From Octopus vulgaris (Eukaryota): 64,000 nucleotides of DNA. The notes below the pieces were generated by a model. It was not told where the DNA came from. It saw nothing but the letters and a program-made list of their open reading frames with translations, and did not search any database. Location: positions 130,200,001-130,264,000 of the forward strand of contig OX597816.1 in NCBI GenBank assembly GCA_951406725.2. The letters run 5' to 3'. The translations under genes and the position numbers were made by a program. Shown here piece after piece: positions 38,901-51,526 of this stretch (position 1 is its first letter; each line of letters begins with the position of its first letter).

Positions 38901-41048
38901 CCCACTGACATTTGATTAGTTTATAAGATTATAACTTACATTACTTTATAAATTCTAAGAAGATCTCTATATTTTAATTCTTTCAAACTTCATCATGTTA
39001 CCTTTGTGCCAATCCTCCTCTTGATACCTTTGTAACAAAGGTAACCATATAAAAGAACATAACCTCATCTTGTTTACCTTTGTGTCTACTTTCATCTCAT
39101 TACCTTTGCTTCAACTTCCCCTTAATTTGATAAATTTGGCTGAAAACCTTTATGGACCAATAAACTAAGCCATTACAAAAACAAAACAATTGTCTGGTAG
39201 TTTCTTTCTCTTAGAAAATCAATATTATATCAAAAGCGAATTATTTATAAATTTCCAGCCACAATATTTATTGAAAGCTTATTTAACAAACGAAACTAAT
39301 ATTAGGCTTCAATTAAAAGTAAATCAATAATTATGTGGCAACAAATTAATGAAAGCAATTATACAGAATATAAAGATCATTGATCAAAAATTAGATCTTT
39401 ATTAAATGTTTGAAACTATCCCTATCACACACTTCAACATGACTATGAGCAGTGACATAGTTTGATAAAAACAAAACTAATCTATTCAATATTAATTTTT
39501 ATTCAATTCTAGAGACAAAATCTATCTTTAGAAAGGATGTCCTAGATACCAATAAAGATAACAGCATCCATAATTACATATATTTACAATTCATTGTTTA
39601 AAAAAGTGCTTGATTCTACTATAAAGCAATTTTAAATGGAGAAGAATTCCTTTAAGCCCTTATCACAGATGTATCCAGTGGATCTATAAGTATGAAATAA
39701 ACCTCAGGGCTTAAGGTGAATGAATGAGCTAGACAATATCTGACAGTGAAGAAACTAACCTTGAGCAATCATTTCACTCTTCCAGTTAAATACAGTATCA
39801 TGCAGCCATAACTCTGTTAATCCTCTCATTGGATTAATACTTAACTTATTTTACTTTAATAGTAAATTTAATAGCAAATAGAATATCAGTATAAGGAAAC
39901 AAAATTTATGAATATAAGAGAAAGAACTGATTATTTCTTTAATTTTAATATGTTCAATTTCTTTTTTTCAAAATTCACTGAAATTTTAAAGAAACTTTAA
40001 AATTGTATCTATATTTAAAATGCTTTAAAAAATTATTATTTTTTTTATTTTACTAGATCAAATTATATACATTCTTGTTACTATTAATCACCAATCAATG
40101 ATATTTTAAAATCAAGTTCTAATCTAATACTTTCATGACATCTGACACTTCATTCATTTAAGAAAAAAATTTCTCTCTCAATGTCTCATTTGTATGATAG
40201 AAACTAAGGTTATTAGACAATATATCAGGTTGTAATGTAAGTTCTATTCAATTACTTCAATGACAAATAAAACAAAACAGTGGAGCTCAATTCAATCCTC
40301 AATATAGTCACCATTATTTTCAACAACCTTATCCCATCTACTAGCAATCCTTTTAATGCTATGTGTGTATAATTAATTCTCTTGGTTTTGACGTGAAATA
40401 AGAGATCAACTTATTTTCAGGCTCTTCTCTCTAAACAGACAGTAATTGGAAGGAGGGAGAACTGGAAAATATAGGGAAAGAAGCATTAATTTCCAGTAGA
40501 GTTCTTCCAGATTTTTGGTCATTCATGCAGCATAGAGTCATGTGTATCACAATGAAGGATGATCTATATTCTGTTTGATATAGAGGGATGATTTTTTTTT
40601 TCCAGAGATGCTTTTCAGTGCCTTAACTGTTGACAGTAAACTTTGGTTTTAACTGATTGTTTGACAGATTGTAATAAATGAGTATCTGCACATCCTACCA
40701 AACACTTAAAAGAACCTTCTTTGGATTGCAGGCCTACTTTTGGTTGCTGAGCAGGCCTTCCACAACAAAGTCACTGACACAACTGCTAAAGAAACTGTTA
40801 AGAATCCACTTATCAACCCCAAGCTTAGAGGGTTGGAATGATGCATAATATTTAACATGTTGTCCCTGATTTTCTGCTTACAGGTCATGTCAAATTGACT
40901 TTCCAACCACTGATTTTCCTAAGCTGAGAGAGTGTGTGTGTGGTTGATGTATCAGTGATATGCCAACTGGAGGTTCTCTTACATTATTTACAGACTACTG
41001 AATGTAACAGATATGGAATGAGTGGAAGAAAAATCTACCCAAGTGATG

Positions 41049-41274
41049 TTTAGCCCTTTAGCATTCAAACTGACCATATCAGGCCCAAATATTATATTGG
41101 TTTTATGTTGAAAATGGCCAGACCCAGCCTTTCATGTCCATTCTTCAATATCATTCGGAAAAACAGATCACGTAATCAAAATCATAAAGCTATGAGATAA
41201 TGTATGATTAATTCAAAGCAATGAGAATATATAAGCATTACATTTCACAAAATAATCTGAATGCTAAAAGATTA
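41049..41274 (-). mobile_element. piggyBac-like MITE, inverted relative to the 41655 copy
   Basis: ccctttagcattcaaactgaccatatc ... taatctgaatgctaaaagattaa is the reverse complement of the family pattern. Confidence 0.75.
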
Positions 41275-41559
41275 AAAGCTTCATCAAATAGATAACATCA
41301 ATTCAACAAGCGTGGGTGGGGGGCTTTACTCATCAATACATACAATAGTAGACTACTTTGAGTTTGGCGCTTTCTCTCTCTTCTACAGCTAATGCAATAG
41401 TGACTGATACTCTGAATTTTGGAAACCGTTTAAAGCACCTATCCACCTCCCTAATATTCCTCTAGATCATGTTTTAAATACTTCCTCGTCAGAAATACAA
41501 CACTGGAATTCTCTTTGTTCTCATTTTCATTTTAGACATTTAACTGTCAAAGATAAAAC

Positions 41560-42033
41560 CAGGGCTGTGGAGTTGGAGTTACAAACAATTAAGGAGTAGC
41601 TGGAGTTGGAGTCAGTAAAACTATACCAACTCCAACTCACAATATCTTTATTCTTTAACCCTTTAGTGTTCAGATTATTCTATCAAACATAATGCTTATT
41701 GATTCACATTGATTTGAATTAATCATGCATTATCCCATATCTTTAAGATCTTGATGGTGTAATTACTTAATGTAGAATAACATTGTAGGGTAGGTGTGAG
41801 AGCATGGATCTGGTCAGTTTGAGCATAAAACAGATTAAATATTTTGGCCGGATATGGCCGGTTTAAATACTAAAGGGTTAATATAAACCAGTTATAACAT
41901 AAAGGCCTACTCAGAGTACATGCATATGCTTTATGAGATATGTAGCCACAACCAATTACATGAGTTGGAGTCGGAGGTGCCAACAGTAGAGGAGTCAGAA
42001 TTAAAGTTTTTTTGTTTCGACTCCACAGCTCTG
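41560..42033. mobile_element. hAT-like MITE (cagggctgtggagt terminal repeats, ggagtYggagt subrepeats) carrying a nested piggyBac-like MITE
   Basis: Left end cagggctgtggagttgg, right end cgactccacagctctg. Imperfect 8-bp flanks gataaaac and (g)ttaaaac. Confidence 0.7.
41655..41881 (+). mobile_element. piggyBac-like MITE with intact TTAA-CCCTTTAG ... CTAAAGGG-TTAA ends
   Basis: Perfect 8-bp terminal inverted repeat plus TTAA on both sides. Confidence 0.85.
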
Positions 42034-42866
42034 TTAAAACTGAACACCATTCCATAGGAGTCCAGTAGGATCTGCAAGAATCAATAACACTGTCCTTCTT
42101 GGATTACAAAAAAAAAAAAGTTTGGGTTCTGTAAAGGCAAGACTTTTGTAAAAGAGTAGATCACTCAATTCTCAGATTGACAGCATTAGCAATTGACAAA
42201 TATTTTTCTGTTCTTTGATTAATATGGAATAGTAATGTGAACAGATCATGAATGTTGGATGGAAAAATGTCATGAGTTGATGGTGAAAATAATTGTATAG
42301 TTTGATTTATCTAGCTGATACATAACAGCAGGATTGTAAATAAATATACTTCTTCATACTTAATTTTAACAATTACTACAAAGGAGAGCAAAGAAAAATG
42401 GGAAAAGAGATGTAAAATAGTTGATCTATGCATACAAAAATATGTGAAAATGTACATATAGATTTCATATTAACTGTAAACAAATGTTTAAAATTAATAA
42501 ATAAAATTGTTTTTAAACTAACTGGTGGATTTCATCTGATACTCAGTTTTTAATCACTAGATTTTCTTTTTGCCTATATATACTTTTAATATGTACCAAT
42601 AAATATATTTATGTTAACCAATAAAACCTCTATGGTGGATCAAGTAGCTGCAAAGTGAATTTCTTAACTACACAGTCATGCCTGCATCTGTATGTAGCAT
42701 TTTTTTCAGTTGAATACTGAATTGAAATTTTTTTTTTCATTAAATATGTAAATTTCAAAACAAACACCTGGTCTGCAATCATACAACTAAAGTAGCAGCT
42801 GTAATGCTAAGACAGCTATGCCCACATTTTATCTGTAAAATAACTTCTATGACAAAATTAATGACT

Positions 42867-43009
42867 TTATTTACATTTGACAGATATTTGTCCTCATCTT
42901 GTTTGTTGTTAACACGTTTCGGCTGATATACCCTCCAGCCTTCATCAGGTGTCTTGGGGAAATTTTGAACCTGGGTTCTCATTCCTAAGGCATTTTTCAA
43001 TGTTGTTGT

Positions 43010-43051
<42 letters not shown>

Positions 43052-43270
43052 TATTATTATTATTCAGGTCACTGCTTGGAATCAAACTTGGAATCTTGGG
43101 GTTAGTAGCCTGCACTCTTAACCACTATGCCATATGCCTGTGGGCATTTCCCCAAGATGAAGGCTGGAGGGTATATCAGCCAAAATGTTGTGTTAACAAC
43201 AAACAAGATGAGGACAAATATCCATCAAATGTAAATAATGTACATAATTCCTCATCTCTTAAATATAGAA
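42867..43270 (-). mobile_element. tRNA-headed SINE-like element with a Penelope-type hammerhead 3' end and an inverted duplication of that end
   Basis: A box TGGCATAGTGG (43132-43122), B-box-like AGTTTGATTCC (43088-43078), (AAT)n spacer, then CTGATGA-stem-GAAAC (42948-42916). Inverted arms 42867-42963 and 43146-43238. Confidence 0.75.
42911..42953 (-). ncRNA. Decayed minimal type I hammerhead ribozyme motif
   Basis: GACAC-CUGAUGA-a-GGCUG(10-nt loop)CAGCC-GAAAC-[GUU missing]-GUGUU. Stems I and II pair. The inverted copy retains the gttgtgtt end. Confidence 0.6.
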
Positions 43271-44261
43271 ATGTGTAAAATTAACGACTGTTTCACAAAG
43301 TAATTAACTATCTAGTTTTTCAGGTTTTAAGTAGTTTATAAACATCATCTACTTATGAAAACAAAATCTTTAGAATTGCATTGAAAAGCTATATTGAACA
43401 GTATAGTTCCTGATATACAAATGATGAGATTGTTACAACTAGAGTGCTTATCAGAGATTTGTTCATCTACAACTGAGCTAAGAATACACAATAGCAAACT
43501 TTACTTGGAGCCAACAAGGGCAGGCCTTTGCATGGGTGCTCAACTTGTAAGATATAGCAGACAAATTTCCCTCAAATCACACCCGTTTCAATGGAATAAA
43601 ATCCCTGCAGCAACACAAACTAGTCAAACAGTAACATATTTTGATGGTAAATAATAAGCTGTTTAACACCAATTTACAATATGAGTTATTACAACCCTGG
43701 CATAATATCTTTTGATTGGCACTTATCAAATTCTTAACATGTATTAATTACTTTTGAGCTTTCATTTAATGGCAGTTAGACTCCACAGGATAAAAACCAA
43801 AATTTATTCCATAAGCTTTTTTTTTATGCCAGATTATGGATGGAAAAAAATGAATGAGATATTAATCATTCCAACCAAGTGAATTAATTTTCTACTTAAT
43901 ATTTACTTCTTGAACTTTTTTTTTAATAAAAGGTTTTAATACTTTCAAATTGGTATTCTTTTCCTTTTGTATGTGAGATGCCTTAACTGAATATCCACCT
44001 TTATGATGCTTTGAGATAAAAAGAAACATTTCTAAATAGAGCTATTATCATGATATATCATTTTAAATATAGTTTCAGTCTAAGTAAGGGAAATCTGTAC
44101 CTTTTGATTAAGACATAATGCAATGGATTTTTATTACTATTATCATCTAACAACTCATTACAACACTGCAAATCAAGCTAAACTTCATTTAATTTCTTGT
44201 CAAACATCTTTCAAATAAACAAATATGCCTATCACTTAATTAGTATTCAGTAGTTGAAATT

Positions 44262-44558
44262 CTTGTATGGTAAGAATTTTGCTTCCCAGTCACATGGTGG
44301 TGGGTTCAGTTCCATTGCATGACACTTTGAGCAAGAGTCTCCAACTATAACCTCAGGCCAACCAAAGCCTATGTGTTTTTGTATTTGTCTCCCACCACTG
44401 TTTGACAACCAGTGTCTGTTTACATCCCTGTAACTTAGCAGTTCAGCAAAAGAATAAGTACCAGACTTTAAAAAAAGTATTGAAGTTCATTTGTTTGACT
44501 AAAACCCTTCAAGGTAGGCCACAGCATGGCTGCAGTCCAATAAAAACAAGAGATAATA
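44262..44558 (+). mobile_element. tRNA-derived SINE (family B), decayed
   Basis: gggttcagttcc B-box-like motif, gcaagagtctcc, taacttagcagttcagcaaaag and the tail resemble the 29870 copy. Confidence 0.75.
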
Positions 44559-46033
44559 AATTGCAGTTAAACTTCTATTTGTATATCTTAGTATGAAAAT
44601 ATTATAACCTAGTTTAACAGTTCATATAAACTTTATTAGCAGATTCAATACTAGATTAATTTTCTGTGGAGTCTGTATAAATGCATAGTTTAAGGAGAAT
44701 ATAACTGAAGAAATTTAAAGAAATAACATGGGTTTTAAGAACAAAGTTAGCTTTATTTGGAAAAAAAAACCCCAAAAAACATAGACAAATACAATCTCTG
44801 AAGGATAATGTATACAGAGTAATGATACACTAATATTTTTGTTCCATCAACACTATAAAAAATGTTAAGAAATTACTTCAAGCAGTAAAAATAAACCTAA
44901 CACCTGCTTTTACTACTTCCCTTTATGCAAACAACACCCTGCTGGGAAAACAGATACAACCACTTCAGGAACCACTACTTAGGCTGAAAATGCTGACAGC
45001 TATAAAGTTTAGAACTAAAAAGAGAAATTGATGTTATGACTATTTAGTTATGTATGTTTTGTGTTGTCTCAAAGGTTGGAAAATGTCTAAGCTTAGAGCA
45101 ATGTTTTACTATCAATATGTCCCCAGGCTTGCAGATGTACTTTCAGAAGCTGAGTTGGTTGACATAAATTGCCAGCATGAATTGTTTACTTCATATGACT
45201 ATGGAACCTTCTATTTAAATATTTTGACTTTATTTTATGCACATTATCTATGGTTTGTGGGAAAGATTTTTGTAGTTCAGGTTATACTGACACAGACCAT
45301 GGTTTATACTCTAGAGAGTGGTATAAAATGAAAGAGTATTTAAGTCATAAGCTTCACATTCTACTGTTCATAATAGTCAATGAGAATATTAAAATGAATT
45401 TTAAAACTAAATGCCTGTAAGGCATGAGCACATAGATGGTCTTCTTTTGAATGCATAAACAATTTAAAAGCTGCAAATGATGCTTGAAATGTAAAATAAA
45501 TAAATAAAAGCTCAAATCAGGATTAACATAGTCGTGACTAAAATACTAATTAATTGTAGAAGCTTTCAAAATCAATACTTTGAAAGAAATAGCCATAATT
45601 GATATGAAGGAAGTGATTAGGTAGTCAATCAATAAAGGTATGAACCATGCATTTGAGGTAAACTGGAATTTCAGGTAAACTGACAAATTTTTGGTATGCC
45701 CAATATACACTCATGTAATAAACAATAGAAACACAACTTTTAACCATATACTTCCCACATAGATAACTTGAAGTAATGAGTAGTTTGATTAACAGCAAGA
45801 ATTTATGCAGAAAGTGAGCTAGTAAAGATATATCAAGGAAACAAGGGAGGTTGAAAATGTTATTTAACCTTACATGCAAACCAACATGCAAGGTATTCCA
45901 ACCATTTCAGACAGCACTGATTAGGACTACATTATCCAATGAATCTTTCTTTTCAAGACAACATGGTATGATTGGCTGCTATTTCTACCAAATCAAACAA
46001 CAATGTAGAAGTTGCGACATTATCTTTTTAACT

Positions 46034-46233
46034 AGGTGGCAAACTGGCAGAAACATTAACATGCCAGACAAAATGCTTAGTGGTCTTTCGTCTGTCTTTA
46101 TGTTCTGAGTTTAAATTCCGCCGAGGTTGACTTTGCTTTTCATCCTTTCAGGGTTGATAAATTAAGTACCAGTTGATCTAATCGGCTGGCCCCCTCCCCC
46201 AAAATTTTGGGCCTTGTGCCTAAAGTAGAAAAG
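46034..46233 (+). mobile_element. tRNA-derived SINE (family C) with a 15-bp TSD
   Basis: High similarity to the reverse complement of 22472-22684. attatctttttaact at 46019-46033 and 46234-46248. Confidence 0.9.
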
Positions 46234-47734
46234 ATTATCTTTTTAACTGAACATATTAGGGAGAACTACAACCAGTATATGAGCAGAAAGATTTCTCTCT
46301 GTATGGAAAGTATACTGTACAATGTTTGTCAGTAATATGAAACCTCTGCACTAACATTAAAAGACATGTGACAATTAGTGAGAAAAGAGTTATGAATACT
46401 TAATATGAATATCAAACTAGCCTGCTGCTTAGTATTCCCAAAGCCAAATAAAACAATAACCTGATAATGCTGAAGATTGTAAATTCTTACAATCTTAACT
46501 GACTAACACTATCATAGCGATCATAGATTTAGTTGAATAATTCCCTCAATAACAAGAGCTCTATTTTTAACAAAACATATTGACACCATATGTTGAGAAT
46601 AGAATTCTATTTAGGAAAGGAATTATTGATTATTGCTTGAATAATTTCAAGGTATTTAAGAATACAAAAGACATGTTAGGACCCTGAAGGACCATTGCAA
46701 CATATCTTTTAATAGAAGAAACTAATGCATCATATTTTGAAGATAGGTGAGAAGATAAATATAATTTTAATATTTTAAAATGTTTTTGAGTAAGAGATAG
46801 AAACAACAATATTCACAACTACATATAATATCTGTACACAAAAACAGTGTGACTGTGTGAGTATGTGTGCATACATGCACGTGGTTTTTACAGATTTAAT
46901 GTTTTAGCAAAGAAAGTCTGCTTTTATTAATTCATTGTTCCTCTGAAATAATATTTTGAATCTGTAAACACAGTGGAATTATTTCAGAATATTTCTGTGT
47001 AATTCCAATGTTTAGAACAAATTTGATTCATAAAAGTTGAAAGTATTTCAACACAATATATATAACAATAAAGAATTAGAAGTCGACAGTAAATCAAATG
47101 CCATTTTAAATAAAACATAAAGTACTTCAAAATCAATATTTAAAAATGCACATACACACACTAGTATAATAAATATGTAAATATATAGGTAAATGAATTG
47201 ATAAGTGAATGCAGAATATGCAGTAAATATGGAACTAAATCAATAATAAGACATTATAATATACTGGAAAAGTTCATAACAGAATGCAATCTGTAAAGGA
47301 TACATCAGAAGACATACCCATATCTATGTGCAGACACTCAAATAACTAATGTTTGTCTATATTTATACACACAAATAATAAATACTTTAATAAATACATC
47401 ATTGTTTTCATGACTACTTTTCCAAGCTTGAATGGGTCAAATAGGAATATGTTGGCACAACATGTACAGAAATATACCCACATAGATGCATAGTCTACCC
47501 ACCCTCACATTCAAAATGTATAAGTACCTACATAATAAAAACATACATATATTTACAAATGTGTATAAATCTATGCACACACACACACACTTAGCTATAC
47601 TAAATATATACATACTGACATATATACATACTGTAAACTGGTATACACACATCCATACACATAGAGACACCTGCACATATACTAAAACCCAGCTTCACTA
47701 TATAATCATCATTAGCATCATCACCCAACATTAA

Positions 47735-48565
47735 ATTTTCCATGGGTTGGATGGTTTGACAGGAGCTGACAAGTTAGAGGACTGTGCAAAGCTCTACTGT
47801 TTACTTTGGGATGGTCTTTATGGCTGGATACCCTTCCTAATGCCAACTACTTTACAGAGTGTACTAGGTTCATTTTTTTTTTTATGTGGCACAAGCACCA
47901 GCGAGGTCATCCAGTAACTTGCAAGACAAGACACCTCAACTTGTGCCAAGTGATGACTGGTTAGAGTATGAGTGTGGGACAGAAACAGGTGTCTTTCAGT
48001 ATAAGATACTTGGCAACTTCAGCTGGAGAGAGGGAGAGAGAAGATGGTGTAGCAAAGAAGATCTGTCCCGGCATACCAACAAGTTACAAGGAGGTGTACA
48101 TAAGTGGTACAGAAAATTTGATAGGGTAAAAGAGCAGTTAAGTTCATGAAAGAGCAAAAGAAGGATGAGAGAGGGGAAGGGAATCCAGTAAGCGGTGACA
48201 CAGATGGAGGGAGGGGAGTGTTAGGAAGATGATTTGTGGGAGAGATTTGTCAGGGACAGATTGTGTACAAGTGCATAGACATGAATGCTGTGCCTTTAGG
48301 GTTGAGTTTTTACTTGGACAGGACTTCTTAAGTACAACAAATCACCAATCATTTCAATCTTTCATCTCCTTTGTGAGGTTCAACATCTGAAGATAATTTT
48401 TTTCCTCACTTTGTCCCATGTCTTCCTGGATCTTCCACTTCCACAGGTTCCGTCTAAATTTAGGGACTGGCACTACTTTATGCGGTTCACTTCCATACAT
48501 ATCACATGACCATGCCAGTACAGCTTTCTTTCTTGCACAATACATCAGATGCTGCTTATGCCTAA
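47735..48565 (-). mobile_element. Decayed RTE LINE 3' region
   Basis: Minus strand LGISSI*CIVQERKLYWHGHV...GSGRSRKTWDKV..., plus the shared 3' UTR motif at ~47740-47850. Confidence 0.75.
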
Positions 48566-48569
48566 TTCT

Positions 48570-49455
48570 TTGTATCCTATTTCAGTCTTTGTTTCTATAT
48601 CTAGGGCAGGTACCACTGGTATCATTACATATAATGTTACCTAACTTCTTTCTAGCACTGCTGTATACTCAAACCCTATCTTTCTGATCATATCCAGAGA
48701 ACTGCATGCGGTACATGAAGTTCTGTATATGTTTCTTCATTTCATAGGGTTTGCATAGTGGGGACATGTTGTTCATATCCTAAGTCTGCTATCAGAATGT
48801 TAATTTTCATGTTGTGTGAGAAAGCTGAGTTCTTGTGAACAATATATTTTGCAGCCATGGGTTTCATGTAATAGGAGTGGAGGAGCTGCACTCTGTTGTT
48901 CACAGTCTCTAACCAAAGTTCAATAACAAGGACGGGGAATCTATTGTTGGGTGCCTAGTGAGGTTATCTATAGATACCTTGATGGAGTTAGCTACTTGCT
49001 GGATCATCTCCATTACGTTCCTCTCAGTTTCTACATTACCGTCACTAGAGTTGGTCATGACTATGATATTAATGTCATCTACATACCTACTGTAGAGTAG
49101 AAGAGTTGTTAACTGTTCTGCTAAGGATTGCTTAAGTTTTCTGTCCCACCAGGTCATGAAGAGGCCAGCCACATCTCCAGCTACACCAAGCAATGGCTGC
49201 ACCTTGAACTTGCATGTATAGTTTCTTGTTAAACTTTACAATGTGGTTCTTACACTGGCCCCTATTGCATATACAATAATTTCTTTCACCTGACTGTTGT
49301 TCTCAGGGTCTTGGGTGGGTATGGTCCAGCCACTCCAGCATTCTGTGGTACTTTTCTTTACTGCTGAGGTGATGGTAGGTGGTCTTCCCCTCTGTGATCT
49401 GGTGTGGTAGAATCTACTAAGGCCATGGTTGTCTAAATAGTCACTGTTGTAGCTT
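48570..49455 (-). mobile_element. Penelope-like element, reverse transcriptase and thumb region (inverted segment)
   Basis: RGRPPTIT...NHIVKFNKKLYMQVQGAAI.LGVAGDVAGLFMTWWD...LYSRYVDDINI...QQVANSI...YYMKPMA...FMYRMQFSGY, read across frameshifts: a Penelope-type RT with YVDD. Confidence 0.85.
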
Positions 49456-49467
49456 AGTCTAGTCTAG

Positions 49468-49910
49468 ATTTAGGAAAGCTCTGAAGGAGACCAAATTCAA
49501 CATCAAGATTGTTGAAAAGCCAAGGAACTCCATCAGATCACAACTATGTATGACATACCTCTTTGAGAATACCATATGCACCAGTGATAACTACATGGTA
49601 TGTAGGATTAGCCCTGGCATTAACAGTAGAATGAGAAATGTAGTTTACAACATAAGATACATAGAAGATGCTTGTAAAGACATGAACATGACATGCATAG
49701 GGGAGACATCTAGGAGCATTGGGGAATGACTAAATGAACATTTGAGAAAATATGACGACAAAGAAACAGTCATCCATACTCTACCAACATGGAAGCAACC
49801 TGGGTCAACTTGACATCTGCATTTTATCCAAACACCCAAAGGACCCAACACTCAGACAAATACAGGAGCACGTCCTTATAAATGAAACATCCCCAGTACT
49901 AAATAGGAAA
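49468..49910 (+). mobile_element. Penelope-like element, Cys-linker plus GIY-YIG endonuclease remnant
   Basis: FRKALKETKFNIKIVEKP...C....VC...NVVYNI...CIGETSRSIGE*LNEH...DPTLRQIQEHVLINETSPVLNRK. Confidence 0.85.
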
Positions 49911-51039
49911 TATACATACTAGATATCATACCCACAGTTTATACAGGTAGAGCAGAATACTTAGTGGACTGTTATGTAGATAGATGTATGTGTGTGTGTG
50001 TCTATATATGCATATGTATGTAGGCACAGGGATATGAATGTAGACAGACATACAGATGGATAGGTACATAGGTTATATGAACAGACAAGAACACATACAC
50101 ACACATACATACACAAATGAAGACTGAAACACATGACCATATATATACACTTCACTTCACACAAGGACACATGTCCACACATATGGAGATACACATCCAT
50201 ACATATAGACTGTATATAGTTGCAAAAAACCCATACACACAAACACATGAATATGCAGAATACATACAAACGTAGACACATACATACATATGCACACACA
50301 TATACATGCATACATACATGTGAATGCACACACACTGACCTACACACATGCGCACAAACAAACAAAAAGAATGCAGCTTCAATAACCGACAGAGTTAACA
50401 ACTACTGAAAAGGTTGTAAGACACAATGAAAATTTTAGAAAAATAAATAAGTAAATGAGTGGAAATTTTACTGGTGAGTGTGTTAAATTATAAGGCATTA
50501 AAAGAGACTCTCCCCAGACACAACAGAACACACACACATAAATGTGATTTATGTGTCTAACTATCTATGTATGTGTGTGTGTGTATATATATATTTCCTT
50601 ATAGACACATAACTCTATAGAAAAATGCATCATCCATATACATTTATCAGGATGTGCAGTTGCATGCATTCATTACATCTTCTACAATTATAGATAGCCA
50701 CACTAAAACATTACAGCAATTGAATAGATATTTTATAGTTACAATTTCCTCAATCCAAACTTTTTCAAACATAACTTGTTTGAAATTTAAAAGAAAGGTA
50801 CTAACACCAAAACTAACTTGAACTTCTACCTGACCTATACAATGTAGTGTGATAAATCAAACCAGTATTATCAATAAACATTCTTTGGTAAACAGTAAAA
50901 CAGAATACAACTAACTTTATAAACAAATAACCCTGATTAAGCACAGCACAACACAAACTGAGACCCAAATATGATATATTTATTTTTTTCTTTTACATTC
51001 ACACCTGATTAAAACCTAAACAACAAAATTCATCTACCA

Positions 51040-51320
51040 AACCGGTGTAACTTCCTCCACAGTGCTTTTCTCTCAGTAATCATCCTGCAAACACTTTTCA
51101 AACTCTATGTCTCCATCCTCCTTCCATCAAAAAGAACCACTTACCCTGTCTACTTCCATCACACTACTTCTCAATCACATCACTCCACCTGTTATAAGAA
51201 CACTCTCCCACAAACTATATAAAGCAAGAAAGAAGCAATGTAAACCACAGTCTGATGAAAGCTTATACAATGAAACTTCAAAGACACTGGCAACCTTTTC
51301 CATCTACAAATAAACTAATA
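51040..51320 (+). mobile_element. Probable Penelope-type 3' end remnant with a decayed hammerhead core (51248-51289)
   Basis: cagt-CTGATGA-aagcttatacaat-GAAAC-ttcaaa-GAC-actg. Stem I cagt/actg is intact, the cleavage triplet reads GAC, and AATAAA follows. Confidence 0.45.
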
Positions 51321-51463
51321 TACCCTATTTAAAATGTACTGTATAACCATTCAATTAATGTCAAAACATTTTATGTATAATTTGAAATAAAAACAAATAT
51401 ACACATATACATGTACACACACAAACAACTGCAAATAGAGACATATATATGCAAATACACTCA

Positions 51464-51526
<63 letters not shown>

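Noticed and set aside
50830-50834. 5-nt microexon candidate GTCAG on the minus strand (would give V-R before the 8-nt candidate)
   Set aside because: Weak pyrimidine tract and weak GTAGAA donor; indistinguishable from chance without RNA data.
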